A stretch of 64,000 bases of DNA. Source: Veleropilina oligotropha (Eukaryota). This document shows positions 48,094 through 61,749 of the stretch, piece by piece. The position numbers and the translations under genes were made by a program. The first letter of the stretch is position 1, and each line of letters begins with the position of its first letter. Location of the stretch: NCBI GenBank assembly GCA_048128005.1, contig JBEUKZ010000137.1, positions 1 through 64,000 of the forward strand, read 5' to 3'. Under the pieces are notes generated by a model, which saw nothing but the letters and a program-made list of their open reading frames with translations, searched no databases and was not told the origin of the DNA.

Positions 48094-51000
48094 TACAATG
48101 GAATTGTAGAGGCATTAAACCCAATATTGATGAGATTAGTCTATTAATACAAGAACACAAACCAACCGCATTTTGTCTCAATGAAACTTACATGAAACTC
48201 ACAGACAACATACGCATTAAAGATCATTCACTATATAATCACATTGTCACCACAGGTGACAAGGCTACAGGGGGGGTTTCAATCATTGTTAACAACAAAA
48301 CACCACACAGTCAGGTCAACTTAAACACTAACTTACAGGCAGTAGCAGTGAAAATATCGACTCACCGAGTAATAACAATCTGCTCGGTATACTTACCACC
48401 TGGTACAAACTTACGACCTACTGACCTTGACGATCTCATCGATCAGCTACCGTCCCCATTTGTACTGTGTGGCGATTTTAATGCCCACAGTGCGGATTGG
48501 GGCGGTACTGACACAGATAAACGGGGACATCAAATAGAGGACTTTATTGGGAGACACAATTTGTGTCTATTTAACACAACCAAATCGCCAACATACATGC
48601 ATCCACCTACAGGCTCACTTACCACCATTGACCTTACCATGTGCGATCCATCTGCTTTCCTTGACTTTACATGGAAAGTTGGTGAGGACCTCCGCGGAAG
48701 CGACCACTTTCCAATTTTCCTGGAAAGCACAATCAATCAAGCGCAAGAACATACAGAAAGGTGGAAACTTCGCAAAGCAGATTGGGGGAAATACCAATCT
48801 CTTTGCGAAGAGCAATTACACTCTAATCAATTCACACATGGCGAAGACCCAATATCAAGCTTCTCTACAACACTACATGACATTGCAACACTCTCAATTC
48901 CAAAGACCTGTCCAAATGCCAAACACAAAAATAAACCTTGGTTTAACGAAGACTGCAGACAAGCAATCAAAGCACGCATACATGCAATTTAAACAGCACC
49001 CAACACTAAAAAATCTTAATAGCTTTAGGCTATTAAGAGCACAAGCCAGACGTACCATCAAGCACAGCAAAAGGGAATCCTGGCATTCCTACGTTACCAA
49101 ACTAAACTCTCGTTCCACTATTAAAAAAACATGGGATATGATCCGCAAAATTAGTGGCAAACATACACCCAACTGCATCAAGCACCTTAAAACAAATACA
49201 TCAGAAGCAACCACAGCTAAAGACATTGCAAACACATTGGCAGATACCTTTTCTGCCAATTCATCATCCGACAACTGCACTCAAAAATTCAGCCGTTTTA
49301 AGCATCAAAAAGAAAAAACAAGTCATACAATCAGCCATTTTCACACAAGGAACTCACAGATTCACTAAACAAGGCACATGACACATCAGTTGGCCCTGAT
49401 GACATTCACTATCAATTACTTAAGCACTTACCTGGAACATCACTTACAACTCTACTTGCAATATTCAATACTATCTGGGAAACTGGAACCTTCCCTCCCT
49501 CGTGGAGGGAAGCTACAATTATCCCAATTGCAAAGGCGGGAAAAGATACATCACATCCCAACAGTTATCGACCCATAGCCTTGACGAGTTGTATTTGCAA
49601 AACCATGGAAAGGATGATAAACGAGAGATTAGTTTGGTACTTGGAATCAAATAATTTACTTACAGAATATCAATGTGGGTTCCGGCGCAACCGGAGCACC
49701 ACAGATCACTTGGTACGTCTGGAAACTTTTGTTCGTGAGGCCTTCCTAAACAGACAACATTTAGTTGCTGTTTTTTTCGATCTAGAGAAGGCCTACGACA
49801 CTACTTGGAAGTACGGGATTATGAATGATTTGTTTGATTTTGGTTTAAAGGGCCACTTGCCCAATTTTATTTCGAAATTCCTTGAGGATAGAAATTTTCA
49901 AGTCAAGGTGGGTGACACCCTCTCCGATATCCACGACCAGGAGATGGGTGTCCCTCAAGGAAGTATTTTATCAGTCACCCTATTCAGTATTAAAGTAAAC
50001 AGTATCGTCAAATGTATTAGTACTGGCACTGACTGTTCATTATTTGTTGACGATTTTGGCATTTGCTATCGTTCAACAAATATGAACAGTATAGAACGTC
50101 AGCTACAACATGGCCTAAATAAATTACAGATATTGTCCGATGAGAATGGATTTAAATTCTCAAAGGACAAAACTAAATGCATGCACTTCTGCCAGCGTCG
50201 TGAAATACATGACGACCCTGTGTTAAAGCTGGATGACTTTGAGATTCCAGTGGTAGATCAATTTAAATTTTTAGGCCTTGTATTTGACCGAAAACTGTCT
50301 TTCATACCGCATTTAAAATACATTAAAGCTAAATGTAAAAAAGCTTTAAATTTAATGAAAGTAGTCTCTAATACTGAATGGGGTGCCGATAAAAAAGTTT
50401 TACTTAGATTATATAGATCTTTAATTAGATCTAAACTTGATTATGGGAGCATTGTATATGGCTCTGCTCGCCATTCATACCTTAAAATGCTTGATCCAAT
50501 CCATAACCAAGGGCTTCGACTTGCACTGGGGGCTTTCCGTACATCACCCATGGAAAGCCTCTATGTCGAAGCCAACGAACCATCTCTTACACTCAGACGT
50601 GAAAAATTATCACTACAATACGCAATAAAATTAAAATCAAATCCATCTAACCCTGCTTTCGAAACTGTATTTACACCAAATTATGAACATCTATTTCAGG
50701 CAAAACCAAACAAAATTGCACCATTTGGCATCCGCATCAAACCAGCACTAGAAAACGCAGGCATACATGTAGGTCAAATTAAAACAAATCACATTCCGGA
50801 TACTCCACCATGGACACTAAAAGTACCAGTAATTGACCTACAACTTACATCACAAAAAAAATCAAATACAGACACATCAGATTATCTCATAAAAGTGCAC
50901 GATCTGAAATTAAAATATTCAGATCGTGCAAGCATATACACAGATGGTTCAAAAGATGCAGAATTAGTAGGAGCAGCCGCTGTCACTGGCAGACAATGTT

Positions 51001-51725
51001 TTCAAAACCGTCTGCCAGGCAGCGCGACTATATATACTGCAGAACTAAAAGCAATCGAGCTTGCTCTTAATTTTATCTCTACAAGTACTAAACGGCGTTT
51101 TATTATCTATTCAGACTCCCTCTCTAGCTTACAAGCACTGAGGGAGATGAATAGAAATGTTATTGTTCAGGAAATTTTATTAAACTATAACAACCTTTTA
51201 CCTGATAATGACATTATTTTATGCTGGATACCGAGCCATATCGGTATCCAAGGCAATGAGAAGGCTGATCAAGCTGCCAAGGCAGCCTCACATTTTAACA
51301 ATATACTAAATTGTAAATTGCCACACTCAGATTTTAAACAAAGCATAAACAAATATATAAATTCTACTTGGCAGCACTCTTGGAGTGAATGCACAAGGAA
51401 TAAACTGCAGAATGTTCAACCTCTTCTTGGCGATTGGGGCCCCTCTTGCAGACCAACTCGGCGAGAGGAGGTCGTCTTGGCCAGACTGAGGATTGGGCAT
51501 TCTCACTACACTCACTCCTACTTGCTTAAAGGCGAGCCTCCACCCGAGTGTATTCCTTGTGCAACTGCCCTAACAATTAAACATATATTATTGGATTGTG
51601 TCGATTTGGATCTCGCACGCCAACGGTATTTTAGGGCCAATTCACTCCAAGAGCTATTTAATCTTAATAAGCTCGAAGCCGTATTTGAATTTTTAAAACA
51701 GGTAAATATTTTCTATAAATTATAA
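48078..51725 (+). pseudogene. A4 ORF2 with two frameshifting deletions (~48988, ~49320)
   Basis: APE 48078-48992; RT-RNase H-CCHC open to 51725; collinear with A1. Confidence 0.9.
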
Positions 51726-53049
51726 TTTTTATTTATACTTTTATTTCCTTTGACTAAATTCTATATTTTGTTTTTAATTATTATACTATTTTATTATTAT
51801 ACTTGTTTTTAGCAAACATTTGATCTTTTAAATTTTATTATTTTATTGCCTTGTGTTTTTATCTAAATTACATTGATTTTTACCTTAATTTGCATTGGCT
51901 GTATTTTATTTGGAAATATATTGGTTTGTTTTAGTTACATCTTTTATTTATTAGTATTTACTATCCTAACTTTTAACATTTTATATTAAATTATTATATA
52001 GTCAACTTGACCGACCCGATTATGACCAAATAGTGTCGGCGTGGTCGTTAAACATCAAATCAAATCAAATCAAGCATAAAGTTTCTGTCAAACTAAATCA
52101 CAAATTATCATAAAGTCGGAGTTTACTGGAGATTACCGAATTCTTACCTGACAAAACAATGCATGGCGGTTCTTATGAGCATTCAATATTACTGCATCGT
52201 GTATTACAATAAATATGGAGTTTACCGGAGATTATCGAATGCTTAGCGGCCAATGATTGTTGGCATTATTAAAAGCCATGACATGAAATATTAATGCAAT
52301 GTATGTTGCGATCACAATTAGCGCGCAATTAATAAACTAATATATACATACATGTCAAACAGCTGTAATTTCGGTGATTCGTCTATCCAAAAAGAAGTCG
52401 ATGAGAATATATCAGAGCCGACAAATGTTATGACTTGCAGCCCGACTCAGCTGTGAGATGATACAAGTGGCTGTATTTTGATAATGCGTGCAATATGAAC
52501 GTTGTACAGACGATGCTTGTGACCCAATTATAAAAGGCAACTTGCTTTTAGGATTTTTCAGTTTTAACATTCCTGCAACAACAAATCTAACCCGGTGGTT
52601 ACTACAAGAGGTATATATGTTTTCCCAGCAAGTTGTTGACTGTTGAGTTCTCATTGTTAGGTTTACCTCGAGATAATGCGAAGATTCATATCATAACACC
52701 TCCCAGATTTTATGACTATAGATATCACGATGAATATGATCTTCGTGATGGAAGTGTTACGGTGGTGTAAAATATTATACGAGCAGACACATATGCAGTA
52801 GAATCATGCGAATAATAATTAGCTTATATATGTGCACATTGTACATGTGCAAATATATTGGTTAACACCAATGAATGACTTGAAAGCTAGCCGACTTTTA
52901 TATGGGTCAAGTCCTATAATAATAGTATTTATTCAACTTTCTGCTGAACAAAAATGTATGTCTAGTCAAGGAAACCTATTTATATTGTTATATGCAACCA
53001 TACAAGTGCTATTGTATAATACCAGGTGCTAGACCACAACCAAGAGCTA

Positions 53050-56000
53050 CTCCCTGCAGAGGGGTAAGATCCCCCCAAATGGGAGCCACCTGTTTGCTGT
53101 GGGTGGCGACCCGTGATGTTGGAAAAGAGGGTCCTGGTAGTTGAGCTTCTGCTTCGGCTGTAGCAACACACTACTTTGGCCTCGGATTCAGCTAGACGGG
53201 AGGTCAGATAGGCCCTATCTGATCAATCGGCTTGTCACGCCGTGCCCTGGGATAATTTAACATTTAGTTTAAGCGTAACATCATTTAAATTTTACATTCA
53301 AAACTTTTAATATCCTAGATCACTTACCATCCATTGATCTATATCCCAGAAGGCGGTGGCTGAAGGGTCAATCAAGTGAGGAATGAATGGTGGGATATAC
53401 ACTTCCCACCACTAATATTCATTACTTATTTGAGTATATCACCCGGGTATCCCTGGCATTGGGTGCTGGAACTCCGCACCCGTTAAATGCCCCCTTGTTG
53501 GGCTCCGGGGTGGGCGGGGACCTCGGGTGATGAAACACTTACAATAACACTATGGCACACCACACTCACGCACTGAAGAGGCGCAAAAATAAAGATGAAA
53601 TTGATTCTGACGACGATGATGCAAAATACATGGCCGCTATCCGGTCAACTCCATACGACCCGGAGATAGAGGCTCCTTACAAGCCAAATCCTCCACCTCC
53701 TGTACCGGAAAGCTGGCCTCGTTTTTTGACGATCGAGGCACTTAACTCAAGTACCCAAATCACTTCTCTGAGTCCGTTCGCCATCTCCAAGGCCATCCTC
53801 GGCCTTGCGGGCGAACCTCGATCGGTCAAAAAACTTCGCGATGGCACACTACTGGTGGAATGCGCCAGGAAGAGCCATGCGGAGAATCTGCTTCGTTCTG
53901 ACAAATTTGTTAATATTCCAGTCGAAGTCAGACCGCATCGGTCTTTGAATAGCTCCAAGGGAGTAATTAGATCTAGGGACCTGCAGGGATGCAGTGAACC
54001 CGAACTGCTGGAAGGCATGTCGAGTCAGGGTGTAACGAAGGTTACACGCCTGACAATGTTCAAGGATGGGAAGAAAGTCCCCATTAACACCATCATCCTG
54101 GACTTCCGCCTTCCAGTACTTCCAAAGTACGTTAAAGCAGGTTATATTAACATCCCTGTAGAGCCCTACATTCCAAACCCCTTGAGATGCTTCAAATGCC
54201 AGTCATTTGGGCATCACAAGGACCGATGCAGAAGGAATCCCGCATGTGCTCGATGTAGCGAAGAGGGTCACGAGTCTGACTCGTGCTCCAAGCCACCCCT
54301 ATGCTGTAACTGCAGGGGTAAGCATTGCGCTTACTCCAAGGACTGTCCGAAGTGGAAGCACGAGAAAGAGATCCAGAGGGTCAAGACTATCGACCGGATC
54401 TCTTTCCCGGATGCCAGGAAACTGGTGGAATCCCGCACTACTTCGGGCAGATCCTATGCTGCAATTGTTGCAGCACCGGAGCAAAAGCTAGTCACTCGAT
54501 CCTCTTCAACACAAACTGACATTACCTGGCCATTTGGCGAAGCATTCTTCAGCACTTTGCCATCTCGAAACAATTTGGCATCATCAGAATCAGAATCAAC
54601 TCAAACAAAATCAATCAAACCTATTAAACCCTCAACAAAACCTACTCGCAACTCTACAAAAGAGACTGCTGCTGTCCCTAAAGCAGCAGCCTCTAAGAAA
54701 CATACAAAATCAGAGAGAAAGCCCAAAGGGTCCGAGGACCCCATTAAGCTGTATAATCGCTTTGGTCACATGATGGATACCAACGAACCATCAGATGACC
54801 AAATTGATACCGATACTATTATCGAGGACCTCGCATCGGAAATTGTTGCTGCTGCCACGAAGGGTGGGAAGGCGGAAGCAGCCAAATTACACCGGCAGAC
54901 GGAGAGCCCCGAACCACCTGGGCCGCTTCCTCCTTCCAACGATCCAATGGAAAGCGATGAACCATTGGATCGCCAGCACAAACCGAAACCTGCCATAAAG
55001 CCCGTACTTCCACCGAACAAATAGACAAATTTAAACATAACATTACACACAAATATACCAATACACACCATCAAACCAGCATGTCAGGCACAATAATGCA
55101 ATGGAATTGTAGAGGCATTAAACCCAATATTGATGAGATTAGTCTATTAATACAAGAACACAAACCAACCGCCTTTTGTCTTAATGAAACTTACATGAAA
55201 CTCACAGACAGCATACGCATTAAAGATCACTCGCTATACAATCACATTGTCACCACAGGTGACAAGGCTACAGGGGGTGTCAATCATCATCAACAACAAA
55301 ACACCACACAGCCAGGTCAACTTGAACACCAACTTACAGGCAGTAGCGGTGAAAATATCGGTTCACCGAGTAATAACTATTTGCTCGGTGTACTTACCAC
55401 CAGGTATAAACTTACGACCTACTGACCTTGACGATCTCATCGATCAGCTACCGACCCCATTTCTACTGTGTGGCGAATTTAACGCCCATAGTACCGATTG
55501 GGGCGGTACTGACACAGATAAACAGGGAAATCAAATAGAGGACTTCATTGGGAGACACAATTTGTATCTATTTAACACTACCAAATCGCCAACATACATG
55601 CATCCACCTACAGGCGCACTTACCACTATTGACCTTACCATGTGCGACCCATCTGCTTTCCTGGACTTTACTTGGAAAGTTGGTGAGGACCTCCACGGAA
55701 GCGACCACTTTCCAATTTTCCTGGAAAGCACAATTAACAAGCACACACACATACTGAAAGGTGGAAACTTCGCAAAGCAGATTGGGATAAATTCCAATCT
55801 CTTTGCGAAGAGCAATTACAATCTAATCAATTCACTCATGGCGAAGACCCAATATCAAGTTTCTCTACAACACTACATGACATTGCAACACTCTCAATTC
55901 CAAAGACCTGTCCAAATGCCAAACACAAAAATAAACCTTGGTTTAATGAAGACTGCAGACAAGCAATCAAAGCACGCATACATGCAATTTCAACATTTAA

Positions 56001-56549
56001 ACAGCACCCAACACTACAAAATCTTAATAGCTTTAGGCTATTAAGAGCGCAAGCCAGACGTACCATCAAGCACAGCAAAAGGGAATCCGGGCATTCCTAC
56101 GTTACCAAACTAAACTCTCGTTCCACTATTAAAAAAACATGGGATATGATCCGTAAAATTAGTGGCAAACATACACCCAACTGCATCAAGCACCTTAAAA
56201 CAAACACATCAGAAGCAACCACAGCTAAAGACATTGCAAACACATTGGCAGATACCTTTTCTGCCAATTCATCATCCGACAACTGCACTCCAAAATTCAG
56301 CCGTTTTAAGCATCAAAAAGAAAAAAACAAGGCTCAATTTTAGATCAAACAATACAGAGTCATACAATCAGCCATTTTCACACAAGGAACTCACAGATTC
56401 ACTAAACAAGGCACATGACACATCAGTTGGCCCTGATGACATTCACTATCAATTACTTAAGCACTTACCTGGAACATCACTTACAAATCTACTTGCAATA
56501 TTCAATACTATCTGGGAAACTGGTACCTTCCCTCCCTCGTGGAGGGAAG
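53050..56549 (+). mobile_element. Family A LINE copy A5, missing the first ~35 nt and everything 3' of the early RT region
   Basis: Begins at CTCCCTGCAGAGGGG; homology stops at ...TCGTGGAGGGAAG; no tail or TSD. Confidence 0.92.
53552..55024 (+). CDS. A5 ORF1 gag-like protein (490 aa, apparently the only family A ORF1 with a native end)
   Basis: Three CCHC knuckles; ends ...KPVLPPNK-stop, at the position where A1 also has AACAAGTAG. Confidence 0.9.
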   Translation: MAHHTHALKRRKNKDEIDSDDDDAKYMAAIRSTPYDPEIEAPYKPNPPPPVPESWPRFLTIEALNSSTQITSLSPFAISKAILGLAGEPRSVKKLRDGTLLVECARKSHAENLLRSDKFVNIPVEVRPHRSLNSSKGVIRSRDLQGCSEPELLEGMSSQGVTKVTRLTMFKDGKKVPINTIILDFRLPVLPKYVKAGYINIPVEPYIPNPLRCFKCQSFGHHKDRCRRNPACARCSEEGHESDSCSKPPLCCNCRGKHCAYSKDCPKWKHEKEIQRVKTIDRISFPDARKLVESRTTSGRSYAAIVAAPEQKLVTRSSSTQTDITWPFGEAFFSTLPSRNNLASSESESTQTKSIKPIKPSTKPTRNSTKETAAVPKAAASKKHTKSERKPKGSEDPIKLYNRFGHMMDTNEPSDDQIDTDTIIEDLASEIVAAATKGGKAEAAKLHRQTESPEPPGPLPPSNDPMESDEPLDRQHKPKPAIKPVLPPNK

Positions 56550-56609
56550 ACGTCTTAAAGCGGAGGGCTGCACGATTTGCCCAAATTCACATTTGAATTG
56601 ACCAAATCT

Positions 56610-56890
56610 CTGACTCGAGCGATTTGGGGTTCAACCCAGATCCCGGCGACTTCCCTTGGGCAAGGCATTAATCATATATTGCCTCGGTTCACCCAGCCGA
56701 TCTAAATGGGTACCTGGTTGGCGTGTTAATTAGTCGTTGCGCTCGCTAGTGGCAGCATAACTGTAATACTCTCAAAGAGAGCGGAGATGGATCCATGATC
56801 AGAACAGGCCGAAAAAAACAGGGATAAAAATTGTGACAGCGTCAGCGAGCAGATATAGGGATACAGCGCGATATAAATCTCCAATTATTA
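56610..56890 (+). mobile_element. CORE-like SINE, 5'-degenerate, with (ATT)n tail split by a Helentron-like insertion
   Basis: CCCTTGGGCAAGGCATTAA...TGCCTCGGTTCACCCAGCCGATCTAAATGGGTACCTGG; tail resumes at 61728. Confidence 0.6.
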
Positions 56891-59759
56891 TTAGGGCTTC
56901 AAGCTCTTTCAAGCTTGAAGCCCTATTGAAATTGTACCGGTTATTATTCTTATTCTGACGTTTTTTTGTGGGCACTTTAGCGCGAAAACGGCTATAGCTA
57001 CAGCTTTCAAAATTCATGTGTGCTTGGGCACATCATTGAAGCATTGCCTCGTTCTATTTTCAAGTTTCGGGATTTTATGCTTTGGTCGTAATCTTCAATT
57101 TTGTAAAAAATGACCTCTTTTCAAAAACGATATAAGTCTTACATGGCTTTCGAGATCGAGACAAAATCTTCAAAGGCATGATCTAGACTATTGAGACAAC
57201 AATCTCTTGGAAATGAAATTTTCATTTTTTCAATGCTAAGATCGCTACGGGCGTCCTAATCTTGACACAATTTTGAAGTTTTTTAAATTTTTCATTTCTG
57301 CAGTATCTTTCAATGCACTCCACGAAATCTTTCCAATCTTCCAGGGTGAGTGCGCATCGATACCAAGTAATGTTTGCCGCAATATTTTAGCCAATAAATG
57401 CCATGGTTTCGTCGCAATCTTTGATTTTTTGAAAACATTAAAATGCGCTTTTCTCAGAACTGAGTAGCGTGATCTTATCGACACTTGGTAGTTTTGACAA
57501 AGCATTATATCGGTATATGTTGTTCTAATGGAATACTTTGTGAGACAAATTAAAAAGGAGTTATGAAGACATTAAATTTCAAAATTAAATTGACTGCAAC
57601 TTCTTTAATTTTCATTTATATGAAACGTGACACAATTCATTTTATTCGTATCGAAAATATCTAATGTAATATCTATAGAATACATCGCTAAAATGAGTTG
57701 CTTGAGAGTTATTAGACTGTTTTTTTAGATGAATATTGCTTCATAGCGCCTCTAAAAATCGTCCTTTTTCTTCCAGATTTTCGCATAAAATATACTATAT
57801 AAAGATCGTTATATTCGAGAATTGTGACAAGAATACAATAAGTACTTTCATTGTTTAAAAAATACTATTTTAATTCCTCGTCTCATTTCGGCGCAACCAG
57901 CTCAGTGCTAATTGCCTTATCAGATGAAGTAGGCAGTTTATGAGCCTGTCTCTTTGAGGTGTCATAAAGCCACGCGCCAACCCTGTCCAGTGGACAGCAA
58001 GGCCCTTGAGAAGTTCTGCTATCAGGCTTAAGTAAACATTTAGCCAACAGAAGGCTACATGATTCAGTAACTGTTAATATATGGTGAAAACATTGATATT
58101 CTGTTGGTCAGTCCAGTTGCGCATTCATTATTATAGATACTTCTTAATTTCCATCATAGGTTAATGCACAAGATAATAGATTTAAAAACTTTTCCATGGA
58201 GCACTCGCGCATTCGGCGCTCGTTCGTGTGTGCGTCTCACAGTCTGCATGTAAGCTACCTAAGATGCCATGCAACGTCATTGCGTTTAATAATTACCGAT
58301 CAATAATGAAGTGAAATGGTCTTAATTATGCTTATGAGTCGATTACGCTATTATTGTTTGATTAGAACATGTAATCGACTAATTTATTTTTCTTTATAAA
58401 GAGCAACACACACTAAAAAGCTAAATGCATATATAATAGCCATTCACATATCAATAGAAGGAGTTATAACATTATATAATACAAATAGTAGCGAATTATC
58501 CCGTGATTGAGGAAATTTATGCTAGCCTGTGTAAAGCAGATACCAATTTTGTTATTTACACCATGGCGACACAAGCCATGTATTTCAATCAAATCAACAA
58601 TTTCAAACAGGCACTCAAGACTGTCGCCGCATACGATCCAGTCAGCGATGTCCGCTGTGGCAGATTTTGTGGGCAACATATTATGTGCGACAGGTGTCTA
58701 TGTGGCCTATCCCATTTTAATATAACCTGCATTTATCGATAATAACAGCGAATGAATGAAGTCAATTATCGAAGTGTTCGCGAATAATCGATTATCAATA
58801 TTTTACCAACATATTAACGCATGTAAAATACACCGCTATGAACGAATAGTTTTGTCAAGTCCATCCAGGGTGCATTAGGGGCGATCTATGGGTACGCGGA
58901 GTGCAGGCCATGTTCACCGAGAAGTGTACACAGTGTACTCCAAGTGCGCCACGAATTACCCGGTAGGGACACTTCTAACATGGGACGCGCTAGAGCTGAA
59001 CTATGGACGCAAACGGAAAGCGACGCGCTAGAGCTGAGCTCTGGACAATTTTGTTATGCCCAGCGCGCGCTCCGAGTTGGCCGAGCATGCCCCGTGTGCC
59101 ACGAGTAAAGCGGCATTTACAATTAATGCACTATAACAATTGTATCTACTTGACACAATATTATGCATTATGATCATTGATGACAATCGTTTGCAAGATG
59201 ACTATTTATACATTTTGGATAATGAATTTATTCCTGAAAATATTGGCAATAACGCTACAGAGATTATAGATTTAAAAACTTTTCTGTGGAGGTACGCCCT
59301 GGCGCATTCGGCGCTCGTTCGTGTGTGCGTCATGAACATCTATTGTACTGACAATTAATCACACAGTCTGCATGTAAGCTACCTAAGATGCCGTACAGGT
59401 CGTTGCGTTTAATAATTACCACATCAATAATAAAGAAAAATGGTCTTAATTATGCACGACCTCAGTCTGAGCGATGGAGTACCTCACCACTGGACACTGA
59501 TTATTTATGACAACTGATTATTTAATTTAAATTCAAATTAACAAAAATGCAATCTATTTTGCATAATTTTTTGCTTAATTGTCACATGAATTAGAAGCCT
59601 GATAACGCCGGAAACAGCATTTCATAGCATCTAGGTTTCAAAATTTTCCGGCCCCCCTAGCACTTTCGGTGACGGACCCATTACAGTACGTACGTGGACC
59701 TCAACATTTCGCCTCGGTTTGGATAACGCTCTGGCTGCGGCCCTGGGGAGGCCAGTACT

Positions 59760-59925
59760 GATTAACAGATGACGCACTTCGGTCGGTTATGGCCAATCAC
59801 CGTATAACCTTGGGCATGAAAACAATCTACAATTGCCCTGTCTCATCGGAAAGAGACGCTAAACCGGGGGTCCAGACTGCGAAACCGGTGAAATACTATG
59901 AAAGTGGGCGTTAAAACTCATTCTA
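59760..59925 (+). mobile_element. Deu/Nin-domain-like SINE remnant
   Basis: TGTCTCATCGGAAAGAGACGCTAAACCGGGGGTCC core and GGGCGTTAAAAC tail. Confidence 0.4.
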
Positions 59926-60416
59926 TTTGGGCAATTTATTCCGTGATTTGGTGGCAACGTGCAGGCAGTAAATCCCTTCTTACATAACTGAGAGTTTACA
60001 TAGCGGCATCTTGTTACATCATTTCACATGCACTGCCAAGATCACAAGGCTTTTATTGTCCTGTTTGCGATTCAAGTCCTGGTAATTCCGGATCGCACCG
60101 ATTGGTCTCATCTATTTATTACTTTACGTACATCTAGGCCATTAATAGTCATCATTTCTCAGACGTTTCGGCAGTTGTATGTAGGTATTGCGTCTGCGTG
60201 AATCAGGCATCATCAAGAAAATCGACCAAGACAACGAAACCGTTTCAAGTTGCATACAGGAACCAGTCAAAGTAAGTTTAACTTTGTTTTTCACTTTCTT
60301 TCGCCGATATCATATTTTACTAACATCTTCATTGTTCGTTCATAAGTATCGGAACATAATTATCGTAGCTTTCATATTTCTTGTGTTATCCAATTGGACA
60401 AGACATGTTTATATAT

Positions 60417-60735
60417 GCCGTCGTGGCTCAGTGGGTTGTTCACAGGACTCTGGTCACAGAGTCTCGAGTTCGCCCCCAAAGCTCGGCGATTTCACTTGGG
60501 CAAGGAAATAAGCATATATTTGCCTCGGTCCACCCAGCCGATCTGAATGGGTACCTGGTTGGCAGTTATGTAAGTCACGGCACTACCCGCGTGTAAATGA
60601 CTGTAATGCTCCCAGAGGGAGTTGAGATGGTACATCGAGTGGAACAGGCCCATAACCAGGGGTAATAATGTTCAGCGCATTGAGACACTAGCGTAATAAT
60701 GCGCTATATAAGACCGGAGTATTATTATTATTATT
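60417..60735 (+). mobile_element. tRNA-derived CORE-like SINE with L2-type tail
   Basis: A-box GTGGCTCAGTGG, B-box-like GAGTTCGCCCC, CORE-like block, GCGCTATATAAG...(ATT)n end. Confidence 0.75.
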
Positions 60736-61749
60736 AATTATAGGCCTACTTCCATGTATAAATTTTATAGTCATTTGTATACAAAAGTGTGCGCCTCAGC
60801 CAGGGCACGGTATAGTTCGCGCCACCTCCACAAAACCCATATCGGGGTATTTCATTCTTAACAACAGATTACCGAACAACAATGTTAATAAGTTAGAATT
60901 AGCAAATAAAATATAATATATCCTGTCATTTAATTCTGCTTAAAAATCATGTATAGAAAGCGGGACTTGGCTTACTAAACAACAATATATTAATCTACTA
61001 TAAAATACGACCATGCGGCGATACGATGTGTATGTCGAATAACAAATTATATCACATGTATGTATATCAAAAAATGTCTTATTTATTTCCACACTTTCGG
61101 ATGCTATGGCGACGCTAGCTTCGCAGGTATAATCGCGTCGCTGAATAGTTGTGATTTTACAATGAACATTTGTCAACTAACCATCGGGCGACATGCTGAA
61201 AATGTCACTATCGTTTTATCCATTATGTGCGGCAGATATGCCCCCACCTTCTCTTGGACACTAGAGAGTAGGCCTCGAAAATTTTATTTTTTTAGATGTT
61301 TGTTTTTGTGTTAACTGTTGGATATAGCACATTTGATGAATTCCCGTGCGGCCAGCATATTCAAAGTAAAACAAGCACAGATGTGTGCAATAACCTGCGT
61401 CATATAGGCAAAATTTCAACTCCGCACGTAAAGGCAGTACTGTATATTCCCGCGTATATAGTCGCATGCGCTTATAAATGAAACCTCATAGGCGCGAAAA
61501 TTGCAATATCTCGAGAACTATACGGCGTAGAAATCTAAGATTGGCGGCATTCGATTCAGAGTGGCCATATGTATATCTTAAAATATAAAAAATATTTTTT
61601 AAATTTAGTATTTTTTTGTAATTTTTTTTTTTTTTTAAATTAAACTTTTTTATTTTTTTGTATTTTACGTCTTTTATTTATTTCGTTTATCTGATTGAAG
61701 CCCTCACAGCTGCTCACAGCTTTAATTATTATTATTATTATATATAATA

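Larger units (their letters stand above)
46009..52073 (+). mobile_element. Full-length family A LINE, copy A4 (ORF2 broken by deletions; no TSD)
   Basis: Leader, ORF1, ORF2 pieces 48078-51725, (AAATC)n tail; left flank GCCATCCTGT does not recur on the right. Confidence 0.94.
56888..61727 (+). mobile_element. ~4.8-kb non-autonomous Helentron-like element containing SINE insertions
   Basis: 5' TTATTAGGGCTTCAAGC..GCTTGAAGCCCTA hairpin; 3' subterminal TTGAAGCCCT (61695-61704) plus AGCTG..CAGCT hairpin and TTTAATT; no coding capacity seen. Confidence 0.6.

Noticed and set aside
57000..61500. Short ORFs as captured host genes or a Rep/helicase
   Set aside because: No recognisable motifs or consistent splice structure.
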